Positions 9,949 through 20,713 of a DNA stretch of 64,000 nucleotides are shown here, in pieces (positions within the stretch are counted from its first letter, which is position 1; the number at the start of each line of letters is the position of its first letter). Source of the DNA: an uncultured Planctomycetota bacterium (GTDB lineage Bacteria; Planctomycetota; Planctomycetia; Pirellulales; Lacipirellulaceae). A model generated the notes under the pieces. That model made no database searches. It was not told the DNA's origin and saw only the letters and a program-made list of their open reading frames with translations. Where the stretch lies: positions 160,001-224,000 of the forward strand of contig CAVRBU010000003.1 in assembly GCA_963719315.1 (NCBI GenBank), read 5' to 3'. The position numbers and the translations under genes were made by a program.

Positions 9949-10788
9949 ATGCCCGAACTCCCTGAAGTCGAAACGATGCGCCGCGGAATTGTGGGCATCA
10001 TCGGTTTGAGCATCAAGGATGTGGAGCGTATTGCGTGCAATCGTCGGCCAATCACGATCATTCCACGGATCGATCATTTTCGTCGCCGCGTGGTTGGCCA
10101 GCGAATTCGCGACGTCGGCCGCGTTGGCAAGCGCGTAGTGGTGCATTTGGATTCGTCGGATGCAATCGTGCTCGAACCGCGGATGACGGGGTTGGTGCTG
10201 GTCTCCGACCCGCCGACTCGCGAGCATTTGCGGTTCCGCTGCAAGCTTACGGGCAAAGGGATTACGGATCTGCTCTATTGGGACCGCCGCGGGCTGGGAA
10301 GTGTTCGCCTGATTTCGCCGCCCGAGTTCGACAAAGCATTCGGCCCGGCGAAACTCGGCCCCGACGCCTTATCCATGACGGCCGACCTGTTCCGCGAACA
10401 GCTCCGCCCCAGCAAACGGCCTGTGAAAGTCGCTCTGCTCGACCAGAAGGTCGTCGCTGGAATCGGCAACCTGTACGCCTCCGAAATCCTGCACCTCGCC
10501 CAAGTCAACCCGGCCCAACGTTGCGACAAAATCACCCGCGCTCAATGGCAAGCGATCTCGGACGCTACGCAAGCCATACTCGAAGCGGCCATTCGTTACG
10601 AAGGCTCGACGCTGGGTGATGGCACGTATCGCAACGCCCTTAACGAAGCCGGCGGCTACCAAAATCATCACCGCGTGTACGACCGGGCCGGCGAAGCCTG
10701 CCCCCGCTGCGGCTCACGCAGCCAAGTGCAACGAATCGTCCAAGCCCAGCGGGCAACGTTCTTTTGCGCAGCCTGCCAGAGGAAATAG
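9949..10788 (+). CDS. mutM: Formamidopyrimidine-DNA glycosylase (Fpg)
   Basis: MPELPEVET N-terminus, GIGNLYASE (H2TH), C-terminal zinc finger CPRC...FFCAACQ. Confidence 0.97.
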   Translation: MPELPEVETMRRGIVGIIGLSIKDVERIACNRRPITIIPRIDHFRRRVVGQRIRDVGRVGKRVVVHLDSSDAIVLEPRMTGLVLVSDPPTREHLRFRCKLTGKGITDLLYWDRRGLGSVRLISPPEFDKAFGPAKLGPDALSMTADLFREQLRPSKRPVKVALLDQKVVAGIGNLYASEILHLAQVNPAQRCDKITRAQWQAISDATQAILEAAIRYEGSTLGDGTYRNALNEAGGYQNHHRVYDRAGEACPRCGSRSQVQRIVQAQRATFFCAACQRK

Positions 10789-10790
10789 TA

Positions 10791-10823
10791 GTAGGCAAGC
10801 TCCGCGTGCCGCAACTGCCCTAC
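10791..10823. repeat. GTAG-type REP-like element
   Basis: GTAGGCAAGCTCCGCGTGCCG...CTAC right after the mutM stop; near-identical 21-mer at 17114. Confidence 0.6.
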
Positions 10824-10979
10824 TAAAAACACCTCGATTTCGTGGGCCTGATACAGCGCGCGAAGCATGCCCTCTACTTTTCGCGGAACTTTGCATTGAC
10901 CGCGTGGTTTCGCTCTAATATCGGGGGGGAGGGCCGCCCGCTTTCAAAAGCTCCATCGGTTGTGAAGAAAGGACCTGTC

Positions 10980-12123
10980 ATGGAACTCCGCGCCAACAAT
11001 CCAACGAACCAAGTCTCGGCCACGAATCACACAGCCTGCGATTGCTGCGAGGACCAGCACGAAAACCGTCGCCTTCAGCGGCGTGAGTTTTTGACTACCG
11101 CTAGCGGCTTAGCGCTCGGCGCGACGGCAATCGGCAGCATTCTGCCCGCGGGGCGCGTGTGGGCGGAGGCGAAGTCGGCAGGCGCCGTAAGCGCGGCCGC
11201 CACGAAAACAACCGCGGCTGCGTCGTCTCCAGAGTCGCTTGTAAAGGTGCTATACGGTATGCTGTCTCCCAAGCAGCGCGAAACAATCTGTTTCGCGTGG
11301 GACTACCAGGACCCGAAGCGCGGCCTGCTGCGGACCCGCGTCGCCAACAATTGGGACATCACCGACAAGTTCATTGGCGACACCGACTTTTACACCAAGG
11401 ATCAGCAAGCTGTCATTCGCGGCATCTTTGAGGGCATCATCAACCCCGAATGGCACAAGCGGATCGACAAGCAACTGGCCGACGACTCCGAAGGCTACGG
11501 CACGCACAACAGCATCGCCATCTTTGGCGAGCCCGGCACCGAGAAGTTCGAGTTCGTGATGACGGGTCGTCACATGACAATCCGTTGCGACGGCAACACG
11601 GCCGATCACGTGGCGTTCGGCGGCCCGATCTTCTACGGCCACGCAGCCGACGGTTTCAACGAAGGCCCGACCCACCCCGGCAACGTCTTCTGGCCGCAAG
11701 CCCAGGCCGCCAACAAGTTGTACCAAATGCTGGACGGCAAACAGCAGAAGCAAGCGCTCCTCAAAAAGGGCCTGCCCGCGGAACAAAAAGTCGGCTTCCG
11801 CGGCAAGAACGGCGACTTCCAGGGCCTTCCCGTCACCGAACTAACTAGCGATCAGAAGGAAAACTTGCAGAAAGTCATGGCGATGATTGTTGAGCCCTAC
11901 CGCCAAAGCGACCGCGACGAAGTCACGCAATGCCTCAAAGCCCAAGGCGGCCTCGACAACTGCCACCTCGCCTACTACTCGCAAAACGACATCGGCAAAG
12001 ACGGCGTTTGGGACATCTGGCGCACTCGAAGGCCCCTCCTTCGTCTGGCACTACCGCGGCGCACCCCACGTCCACGTCTGGGTCAACGTGGCGGATGATC
12101 CGAGCGTGAAGCTGAATGCGTAG
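10980..12123 (+). CDS. DUF3500 domain-containing Tat-exported protein (frameshift near 12025)
   Basis: Twin-arginine signal RREFL; FVMTGRHMTIRCDG, FGGPIFYGH; C-terminus WR-LEGPSFVWHYRGAPHVHVWVN continues in the next frame after one extra A. Confidence 0.85.
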
Positions 12124-12173
12124 GATGAGAAAGTAACGCATGTTGGCCACCGGCTCACCTGTTGATTGAGACT

Positions 12174-13916
12174 TTATCGTAGCGAATCAGTATTTTTCGT
12201 TGGTGCGGAATCCCTTGTCGGTGGACTGGTGGGTTCCGCCGTCTCGGTCGCCATTGCCTCATCGGCGCTAATGAAACCATCGCGATTCGCATCGAGACGC
12301 CCGAACTGTTCCAGAGAACCCAAGAATTCCCGGCGGCTGACGTCGCCGTCGCCGTTGAAATCGGCCTGGGTGAACCACGCGGGCGCCGTCCCAGTCGTTT
12401 GCGCCGTTGCAGAGTCTACTGGGACGTAGAACGACTGTTCAATCGTCCTCTCCGACCGCAGGAAGGCGACGATCATCTCCGTTGGCAATTCGTCGCCCGT
12501 GAGCTGGCCGTCGCCATTCTTATCGCGCGCGAACATGCGCGTCGGACTAGTGCTGATTTCGCGCTCGCCTAGCCGGCCGTCGGCGTCCCGGTCCAAGACT
12601 TCGAAGAGCGCGTCGCTGTCGTCGTGCACCATCACGCGGAGCGCTCCACGTTCGCCCGCCATCTCGGGAGGACCGGGCACCGCCAGATCGTTGGCGGAAA
12701 CGATGATTCGTGTGTTGCTCAACGAAAACACAATGCGGTTCGGCGCTGGCCGGGCCACCACTTCGACCTCCGGCGCGTGCCCGCGGACATCGACCCGCAC
12801 TTCACCCCGATTGCTGCCTTCGGCCCGCATTTCGAAGGAGATCGCGAGATCGATGTGCGGCTTGATCGTGAGCAATTTGGCCAGCTCCTCCTGGTCGAGC
12901 CGACCGTCGGCATTGGCATCGAGCTGTTCGAACAAGTGCGGCAAGTCGGGAAAGCTGCTGGGCGCGAGCGGCTGCCGCGGCGCGTACAGATCGGCCAGAA
13001 GATATTCCAGACGATCGATATCGCCGGGTGGTTCTAGGCGTAGCGCCGCGTAGCGATCTTCATTGCGGCCGATTCGCGGCGGCTGGCTCGCGTCGTTTAA
13101 TTGGTCGCGAAGCGGCGCCAGCTCCGGCCGCGTGATGATGCGGTCGTCGTTGGCGTCCAGCGACAGGAACCGCTCCGGCGCCGCGGCAATCTCCTCAGCC
13201 GTCAATCGACCGTCGTTGTCGATATCGAGCAACTGCCACACGCGCGAGGCCAGCGACGGAACCGAATAGTACGCGCGCCGGCTGCGCAACGAGAACGCCG
13301 CCACGCTGCGACCGGCGTCCCGTCCCAACCAGGCCGCGGCTTCCTCGGGTTGAATCTTCTTGTCGCGGTTGAGATCGAATTGTTCGGTCCACGCCTTGGT
13401 TCTGCGTTTCGGCGTGTTGGGATTGAGCGCCCGCTCGGCCTCGAGGAATTCTTCGTTGCCGGCGAGCTCGCTCCACGTGCACGTGTGATCGTGGTCCGTA
13501 TCGGCGGCGTCGAGCACCTGCTGGATTCGAGCGGCGAACAACTCACTGGGCGATCGACCGTCCATCGTCAGCGTTACGTCAATGAGCAGCGGCCCACCCG
13601 GCGTCAATACAGCGATGCGTTCGGGGCGGACTGGGACTTTCTCGGCCGGCTTTTCAGTCGACTTCTCAGCCGATTGATCGGCCGTCTTGGTTGGCGTCGC
13701 TACATCCGGCGGAGGCGAGGCATCGGCTTGTGGCATCATCGGTGCTGCTTCTGCTTCCGGCTTCATCGCAGCCGTTTGCGGCACATCAGCGGCGGTTGCC
13801 TTCGCCGGATCGGCCGATGCCGCAGACTTAACCGGTGGAGCAGCCCTCTTAGCCCCGCAGCCGACCAAGACGACAACGGCAGCCATCCAAAGCAATCGAA
13901 CGGCACGCCGCCTCAT
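12174..13916 (-). CDS. Multi-EF-hand lipoprotein
   Basis: Lipobox LVGC; many DxDxDG loops (DIDNDGRL, DANADGRL, DRDADGRL, DKNGDGQL, DFNGDGDV, DANRDGFI). Confidence 0.85.
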   Translation of the reverse strand: MRRRAVRLLWMAAVVVLVGCGAKRAAPPVKSAASADPAKATAADVPQTAAMKPEAEAAPMMPQADASPPPDVATPTKTADQSAEKSTEKPAEKVPVRPERIAVLTPGGPLLIDVTLTMDGRSPSELFAARIQQVLDAADTDHDHTCTWSELAGNEEFLEAERALNPNTPKRRTKAWTEQFDLNRDKKIQPEEAAAWLGRDAGRSVAAFSLRSRRAYYSVPSLASRVWQLLDIDNDGRLTAEEIAAAPERFLSLDANDDRIITRPELAPLRDQLNDASQPPRIGRNEDRYAALRLEPPGDIDRLEYLLADLYAPRQPLAPSSFPDLPHLFEQLDANADGRLDQEELAKLLTIKPHIDLAISFEMRAEGSNRGEVRVDVRGHAPEVEVVARPAPNRIVFSLSNTRIIVSANDLAVPGPPEMAGERGALRVMVHDDSDALFEVLDRDADGRLGEREISTSPTRMFARDKNGDGQLTGDELPTEMIVAFLRSERTIEQSFYVPVDSATAQTTGTAPAWFTQADFNGDGDVSRREFLGSLEQFGRLDANRDGFISADEAMATETAEPTSPPTRDSAPTKNTDSLR

Positions 13917-13955
13917 TCGAATCTTCCTAGCGTTGTCGTTACCAGAATAATGCAA

Positions 13956-15308
13956 TCATGCCAGGAGCTCAGCAATCGCATTGCCTTCGGCAATTTTGAT
14001 CGGCCGATCGGTGGGCGTAATGTTTTCACTTTCCGGCGGCACGCCAAGCGCGGTGCACAGCGTGGCCAGCACATCGCCGATGCCGACGGCATTCTCTTCG
14101 ACCTGCATGCCGTCGGCACTTGTGCGACCGTACGCTTGGCCGCCCTTGATGCCGCCGCCGCCCAACACGCAAGACCAGGCATTCGGGAAATGATCGCGAC
14201 CGGCGTTGCCGTTGATTGCCGGTGTGCGACCGAACTCGCCCATCCAGAGGATTGTCGTGCTATCGAGCAGACCGCGCTCCGCGAGCTCGGCCATAAGCGT
14301 GCCCCAGCCCGCGTCGAGTTCCCCGGACAATTCTTTCACGCGCTTGAAATTATCTTGATGCGTATCCCACGCCAGGCCCTCGCCGAGCGCAACTTCTACA
14401 AACGGCACGCCGCGTTCGACCAGCCGGCGAGCGAGCAGGCAACCTTGGCCGAAGAGGCCAGTTCCGTAGCGGCGGCGGACTTCATCGGGTTCGTCAGCTA
14501 GGTTAAACGCAGACCTCACTTCGGGCCGCATCATCTCGACCGCCTTTTCATACGTGCCGTGGTGCGCTGTGAACGCGGGCGCGGTATTGCCGGCGAGAAA
14601 GTTCTTCTCCATCGTTTTCCACAATTGCAAGCGACGCGATTGCTGTTGATCGCTAATACCAGAAGGCGGCTCGATGTTTTCGAGTTTCAAATCGGCGAGT
14701 GGTGCCGAGGCTTTTTTAGCAGCCGCAGGCATGGGTCCGCTGGCCGCCCCCGCCACAACGGCCGGTGCGTATTTGGCCCCCAAAAAACCGGGACCAAACG
14801 CGGCCGGACTGATTTGTTGCGGCGGCGCCACGCTGACGTAACTCGGCAACGGGTTAGACGCAAACTCAAGCTCCTTCGCAAGCGAACAGCAGATCGACGG
14901 ATACTCGACTCCGCCCATCGGTGGGTGGCCCGTACGGACCAAGTGCGTGCCGCGGACATGGTCGCCTTCCTTCGTGCTGAGCGAGCGGATAACGGCCAAC
15001 CGGTCGGCTTGTTTGCCCAACTTGGCGAAGTGCTCGCTGAATCGCAGGCCGGGCACGCGCGTGGCGACTTCCTTGAACTCGCCGCCGTTGGCGTGACCGG
15101 GCTTCATATCCCAGGTATCGGTCTGGCTGGGTCCGCCGCTCATCCACAAAAGTATGCAGTGCCGGCGCCGGCCGGGATCCTTCGCAAACTTCGCCGCAAG
15201 TGCCGGCACCCACGAGGCACAACTCGCGCCTGCCAGCCCCAGGCCTATTCCCAATTGACGCAGCATGTCGCGGCGTTCAAGCGTTCGAGTGCGACGAGCC
15301 ATGGCCAT
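13956..15308 (-). CDS. DUF1501 domain-containing protein
   Basis: Tat-like RRDML; LWMSGGPSQTDTWD, GCLLARRLVERGVPFVEV, WDTH, GEFGRTP, GRDHFP. Confidence 0.93.
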   Translation of the reverse strand: MAMARRTRTLERRDMLRQLGIGLGLAGASCASWVPALAAKFAKDPGRRRHCILLWMSGGPSQTDTWDMKPGHANGGEFKEVATRVPGLRFSEHFAKLGKQADRLAVIRSLSTKEGDHVRGTHLVRTGHPPMGGVEYPSICCSLAKELEFASNPLPSYVSVAPPQQISPAAFGPGFLGAKYAPAVVAGAASGPMPAAAKKASAPLADLKLENIEPPSGISDQQQSRRLQLWKTMEKNFLAGNTAPAFTAHHGTYEKAVEMMRPEVRSAFNLADEPDEVRRRYGTGLFGQGCLLARRLVERGVPFVEVALGEGLAWDTHQDNFKRVKELSGELDAGWGTLMAELAERGLLDSTTILWMGEFGRTPAINGNAGRDHFPNAWSCVLGGGGIKGGQAYGRTSADGMQVEENAVGIGDVLATLCTALGVPPESENITPTDRPIKIAEGNAIAELLA

Positions 15309-15377
15309 GTCTCCGATTTTATTGTAGCCGGCTCGCACCGCGAGCAAAATTTCCACTCGCGGAACGAGTGGACTACA

Positions 15378-17006
15378 CTAGCGATTAAACGCGAACTCCG
15401 TGCTATTGAGCAAAGCCCACAATAAGTCACTTTGTACTTGGTAGCGATCCTCGGGCGTCTTGCAACCGCGCAACATCTCGACGACGGAGTCGCGCTCGCC
15501 GGCAACCGGTTCACGCGACAAAACGGCCAAGTATATCGTCTCGGTGCGATCATAGTCGTTCATGAACGGCGCATCGAGCGCGGCGAGCAGCCGATTGGAT
15601 TGCGGCGTGGTCAGTCCGGCCATCATCTGGCCATTCATCATCAGCAGCGATTGCAACGTGCTGCCGCGAAACTCCGTCGGGCTGCCCGGCGGTGGCCGCA
15701 TCACGCGAACGAACTCCATTCGCAGTGGATCATCATCGATGCTGCTCGCCATCCGGCTCCACTCCTGGCCGGCCACATCGCGCGGCACCAGGACCATGAA
15801 GCTGTCGTAGGCCTGCTCTGGCGTGAGCGGCCGAGGCAATTTGTAGGCGAAGAGGTTCGGCGCCGCAGCCGCTTTTTCATCGTGTTGGCAGGGAAGTTGG
15901 TAGGCGCGCGTGTTCGCCAACGTCCGCCACAACTCGTGCAGGTTGAAGCCGGAGTGGGCGAAATAGGTCGCCAATTCGTCGAGAATTTGTTGGTTAGCGG
16001 TGGGGTCTGCTTTTTCCAAGTCGTCCAGCGAATCGACCAGGCCCTGTCCGATTAGTTCGGCCCATGTCCAATTGACGGCCGCGCGGGAGAACCAGCGGTT
16101 GTCGCTCGACGCCATCCAAGTGGTGAATTGTCCGCGTCGCGATTGCCAACGATCCTCCGCGGCCACGTCGCCGCCCAGGAACTTGGGCGGCACCGTTTCG
16201 CTCGAGTTCGGAACCATCACTTCGCCGCGATCGGCATCGATCAAGCGAAACGGGTTGTCGCTCATCTGCCGTTCATTGGGCGCTTTGACGCGGGCGAAGA
16301 ACGCCGCCACGCCCCAGAAGTCGCGTTGCTTCCAATGGGCGTAGGGATGATCGTGGCACTCGGCACACTGCAGCTTCAGGCCCAGGAACAATTCGGCGGC
16401 GCTACCGGCCATTTTTTCCGGCGCGAGATTGTTGGCGCGGAAGTAAAGTGCAGGACCCAACTCATCGCCGCCGCTGGTGAGCATCAGGCCGCCGACTAGG
16501 TTGTCGTATCGCAAGTTCTTGGCGAACCGCGTGCGAAGCCACTTCTGCAGACCAAGCGCTTCGCGGTCGTGCGTGGGATCGACGCCCAGCGGCAGAATAC
16601 GATTGCGGAGAATCGTGGCCATGTGCGTGGCATGCCGCGGCGATGCGAGCAGATGATCGACCACGAGCGCCCGCTTGTTCGGCCGGTCGTCGGCGAGAAA
16701 CTCGCGGACTCCCGACGCCCGCGGGATTACGCCGACCAAGTCCAAGTAAACGCGCCGCAGATACTCGCTATCGGTCGCTGTTGCAGCGGGTTCGACTCCG
16801 GCGGCTTTCCAAGATTGCTGAAGCAACTCGTCAACTCGAGCCGTCATCGCCGCGCTATCGGATATCGATGTTGGGACAGCCGCAGCGGCATCGATTTCGC
16901 CGCGCTCCGGAAGAACGTCAGGCGTCGCTGCAAAGACGTAGGTTGTGCCGTGGAGCAGCCACGCACTAAGCGTCAATATCGATAGGATGAGTCGACGGAC
17001 TTGCAT
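15378..17006 (-). CDS. DUF1549/DUF1553 (PSCyt2/PSD1) domain protein
   Basis: Signal peptide; YLRRVYLDLVG, FLGLKLQCAECHDHP, WKQRDFWGVAAFF, WALLNSTEF. Confidence 0.93.
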   Translation of the reverse strand: MQVRRLILSILTLSAWLLHGTTYVFAATPDVLPERGEIDAAAAVPTSISDSAAMTARVDELLQQSWKAAGVEPAATATDSEYLRRVYLDLVGVIPRASGVREFLADDRPNKRALVVDHLLASPRHATHMATILRNRILPLGVDPTHDREALGLQKWLRTRFAKNLRYDNLVGGLMLTSGGDELGPALYFRANNLAPEKMAGSAAELFLGLKLQCAECHDHPYAHWKQRDFWGVAAFFARVKAPNERQMSDNPFRLIDADRGEVMVPNSSETVPPKFLGGDVAAEDRWQSRRGQFTTWMASSDNRWFSRAAVNWTWAELIGQGLVDSLDDLEKADPTANQQILDELATYFAHSGFNLHELWRTLANTRAYQLPCQHDEKAAAAPNLFAYKLPRPLTPEQAYDSFMVLVPRDVAGQEWSRMASSIDDDPLRMEFVRVMRPPPGSPTEFRGSTLQSLLMMNGQMMAGLTTPQSNRLLAALDAPFMNDYDRTETIYLAVLSREPVAGERDSVVEMLRGCKTPEDRYQVQSDLLWALLNSTEFAFNR

Positions 17007-17034
17007 GACCAGGCCTGTCTGCTAGAGAGTCCGG

Positions 17035-17055
17035 AGCGTGGCTTTAAGCCACGCT
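17035..17055. promoter_or_regulatory. Perfect palindrome upstream of the DUF1549 operon (operator or hairpin)
   Basis: AGCGTGGCTT-T-AAGCCACGCT, directly downstream of a minus-strand TTGGCA-N18-TATAGC promoter-like sequence. Confidence 0.4.
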
Positions 17056-17113
17056 AGCTATAAGAACTATCCTACCGGATTGCCAAAAATAATGCGAGCC
17101 GCAGATTATTGGA

Positions 17114-17175
17114 GTAGGCACGCTCCGCGTGCCGTAACCAGTTCAGGCGGGCGGCACACTGAGCCTGTCTGCCAC
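17114..17175. repeat. GTAG-type REP-like doublet (degenerate)
   Basis: GTAGGCACGCTCCGCGTGCCG ... CGGCACACTGAGCCTGTCTGCCAC abutting the nnrE stop; same family as 10791. Confidence 0.6.
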
Positions 17176-17822
17176 TAAAAGAGCCGCGGCGGCACGCCGA
17201 TGTCGCAGATGTGAATCTCGCCGGTAAATGCTTTTGCCGCCGATTGCGTGAAGCCGACTTTCATCGCAGCGAACGTGCAGGTGTGGTCGGCTCGGATCGT
17301 GTGGGCGGCGGGTTGGCCCGTGTCACAATCGAGGCCGCTCGGCACATCGACGGCAAGCTTCTTGGCCGATTGAGCGTTCATCCAATCGATGGCGGCGTCG
17401 AACGGCGGGCGCGGATCGCCTTGGGCGCCAGTGCCGAGCATGGCATCGACGAGCCACGCGGCGCCAGTTGGTCCGCCGAACCGAGACGGACCTTGCGATT
17501 CGATGATCGCAACATTCGTTTTTTGCAAGATTGCGTAATTCGTAGCGGCGTCGCTGCGTAAGTCGACCGGTGAGAAGAGGAACAGTACGCGGCATTCGTG
17601 GCGGCGCAAGCAGAGGTGCCGCGCGATCACAAACCCGTCGCCCGCGTTGTTGCCCTTACCGCAGAGAATGTCGACACGGCCGTCGATGCCGAGCCGCTCC
17701 AGCACGTCCACGCACCCTCTTCCGGCGTTCTCCATCAGCACGACGCCGGGAATGCCGAACTCTTCGATCGCACGACGATCAATCTCGCGGCACTGCTGGC
17801 GGTTTAATGCGAGTGCGTACAT
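17175..17822 (-). CDS. nnrE: NAD(P)H-hydrate epimerase (stand-alone YjeF_N)
   Basis: LMENAG, CGKGNNAGDG, VDAMLGTG, AVDVPSG, DIGVP. Confidence 0.95.
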   Translation of the reverse strand: MYALALNRQQCREIDRRAIEEFGIPGVVLMENAGRGCVDVLERLGIDGRVDILCGKGNNAGDGFVIARHLCLRRHECRVLFLFSPVDLRSDAATNYAILQKTNVAIIESQGPSRFGGPTGAAWLVDAMLGTGAQGDPRPPFDAAIDWMNAQSAKKLAVDVPSGLDCDTGQPAAHTIRADHTCTFAAMKVGFTQSAAKAFTGEIHICDIGVPPRLF

Positions 17823-17933
17823 GCCACGATTGTGACACTCATTAGCGTCGGCGGCCACGCCGACTTTTCCGGCAACGCGGATTGGAATTGATTTGTCGTG
17901 GCAGACAACGCCAAACCCCACACGCGGCCATAG

Positions 17934-20227
17934 TTACCATTCGTAGGTCTCATCCCCGAGATTAATCACAACGGGCTCATCCAGCGCCAAGTACTGAGCC
18001 ACATGCTTGCCGTAGCGCTCGACAAGGTCGAAATACTCGCGGCTGAATCGCACGATCTTCTTGGCCGATTTTTCCTGCTCTGCCGTGACGCTCGAATCGA
18101 CGAGCCGATTGCCGCGCTCGAAAAACGTCTTGCGGCCGATCTGGCGACAATTCGCGGCAACTTCTTTCTTGTCGCTCTTGGCGTCGTAGTACGTGACGTT
18201 CCCGCCAAAAAAACCGCCGCCGGCTTGTCGCATGGCGATCGGTTCATTGACGGAGGGTAGACCACTGGCCGCCGCTGCCGGCGCCGAGGCGCCGTCTGCA
18301 GGGCCAACTTCGCGCCGCGTTGCGAGAACGCATATCGGCCGGACGTTTCGCCGAGCGCCTCGGATTCGCTCAGCGCGCGGCTGCGGTTGATTGCAACGTC
18401 GCGCACATCGCTGTTTTCGTCGGCCAGGAAGGATGTGTACGGCGTCAGAATGCCGTGCTCCGTCGCCAACGCCACGAGCTCTTTCACAAGTTCTTCATTC
18501 CGGCCTTTGAGATCGAGCTCGTCGATGATCTCGCCCACCCGGCGCGTGGCCCACAGCTTGGCGACAAACGCGTTGGTATCGTCGCGGCTCTTCTCGACGA
18601 GGTCGGCTGGGAAATCGAAAGTTTTCTCCTCGTCGCCGATTTTCCCCTTCAGCATCACCTTCGCCTTGCCGTTAGAGTGATAGCGGCCGACGAGCACGAC
18701 CTGGTCGCCGGCGAACAAGTCGAATTCGCCTTTGGGATAGATGCGATTGACGGGCGGAGCACCATTCGAATCGGCGTCCACGTCGACGGTGACCGTCACG
18801 CCGGTCATCACCGGTGCGCCGATTTTGCGGTAGAGTGCGCTGACCGTGGCCTCGATGTCTTCGTTCGGCCGCACATATTGGCTGAGGCCGAAGTTCGCAC
18901 GGGCCAGTTTGTCGAGCAGCCTACTGTTGACGTCGTAGCCCACGCCGAATGTGAACACGCGGGCTCGCACAGCGTTCGCTTCTTCGCTGTGCTTGACGAT
19001 CGCGGCTTCGCCCGTTTCGCCCGTCGTCGGCAGCCCGTCGGTGAGAAACAGTACGTACGTAGGCCGTTTGTTGTCTTTCAACATTTCGAGTGCCCGCTTG
19101 AGTGCGCCGTCGATATTGGTGTTGCCGCCGGCGTACAGGCCATCAACGAAGCCGATCGCCGTGGCACGCGTTTCGTCGTTGAACTTTTCCAACTCGGGCT
19201 TGAAAGTGGAGATTTCGCTGTCGTAGGCCACGATGTTGAACAGATCGCCTACGCGCAAGTTATTGAGCACGAATTTCGCCGCCCCCTTGGCTTGTTCGAT
19301 TTTTTCGCCGCTCATGCTCCCGGAGCGATCAACTACGAACATTACGGTTTTGGCGACAGGTTTATCGTCGACTGCTTTCAATTCGGGGCTGGCAAGCATC
19401 AGAAAATATCCGTCCTCGTTCGTTTTCGGTCGATAGCTGACGACGCTGGCCGCCACGGGTTCGTCACCCGTATCGTAAAACAGGCGAAAGTCTTCGCCCG
19501 GCACGATTTTCTTGGCCACGTACTTGACGACGGCGTGCTTCTTGTCGGGCCGCTCGATGTCGACGGTGTGCTTGGCCGAGTAAACGTTCTTGATCAACGT
19601 GCTGCTTTCGATCGCCAGTCGCACGCTGAGCTTTTCGACGGGCTCGCTCGTGTACTTCGCTGTGCTCAGCGGGAAATCGAAATCAGAAAGGCCGTAGTTC
19701 TTCCGCAACAGCTGCGAGTATTTGAGCGTCACCGTCCGCTTCGCGCCGGCCGGAATCGGAAAGACGCTCGTTTGGAACATGCCCGTGCCGACCCACTCCA
19801 GCAGGGCGGGATCGCGATTCTTCCGCACGATCTCTTCGTACCGCCGCCGCGCGTCTTCTTTTGAGAGCAGCTTCGCTTCAAACTCCTTGCCGTCCACCAG
19901 AAGAGTGAGTTGGTCGATCGCGCCATCGTATGGCAGCGGAAACATGAAGCAGACTTCCATCGGCACGCTTCCGGTATTCTCGAACGACTGCATGACCTGA
20001 ACGCGAGCTATCTGATCGTCGAGTTTGGCGTTCACTTCAATCGCGTCGATCTTGTAGCTCGACGGCGGCTGTGGCACAACGTGCGGCGGACGGGGAATGG
20101 GGCGCGGCAAGCGAATCGATTGATCGACCTGCACATCAACCAGAACGCCCTGGGCGATGGCGCTCGTTGCGCACGCATACAACGCCAGGCCACACACGGT
20201 CGCTGAGAGAAGATAACGTCGGATCAT
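17934..20227 (-). CDS. VIT and vWA domain-containing exported protein (frameshift near 18291)
   Basis: Signal peptide; VIT (ARRRYEEIVRKNRDPALLE); MIDAS DRSGSM...LTDG; ILTPYTSFLA; tail GRKTFFERGNRLVDS continues in another frame. Confidence 0.88.
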
Positions 20228-20713
20228 GGGTCAAATCTCCTTCGATGAGCGCGGGAGCTTTCTCCCGTGGTAGCGGAATTCGCAAGGATTCCGACGTTTC
20301 TCACTACTATGTTGTCCCCCCTACCGTCTGAAGTCTTGCGGCTTCAGCTGCGGGTTCAGAAAAACGCCTCAAAATTAGACGACGGCCACGGTCGGAAAGT
20401 TTCGAGCCGCTGCGAAACTACGCATGTTCCGCAATTTTCCTAAGCTGCGGGATGAATTTCACTTGCGATTTGGCCGCAAATTCACGATGATCCGCCTCCA
20501 TACCGCTACTGAAGGCAAGCCGCGGCATCCCTGCCGCGTCTGCCTCTTCATGGACGAGCACCTCGATTCGCGAACCCTGCGAATGCGGCCCATTTGCGTC
20601 GTATTTGCGGGAATTAGCTGCACCGACATGGGCAACGACACCCGTCCTCCGTGGAGAGCACCTGAAATAGCCTGGACCGACGCACGGACTACCGTGAAGC
20701 CCCAGTTAATTCG

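Noticed and set aside
13101..14501. 466-aa plus-strand ORF, and similar long shadow ORFs at 18320-19864, 26610-28106, 39680-40651 and 54107-55276
   Set aside because: Antisense to well-supported genes, no recognisable motifs; expected in GC-rich DNA
20228..20713. Small ORFs or ncRNA in the long divergent spacer
   Set aside because: No recognisable RNA family or protein motif by eye; an Rfam search would be needed to exclude one
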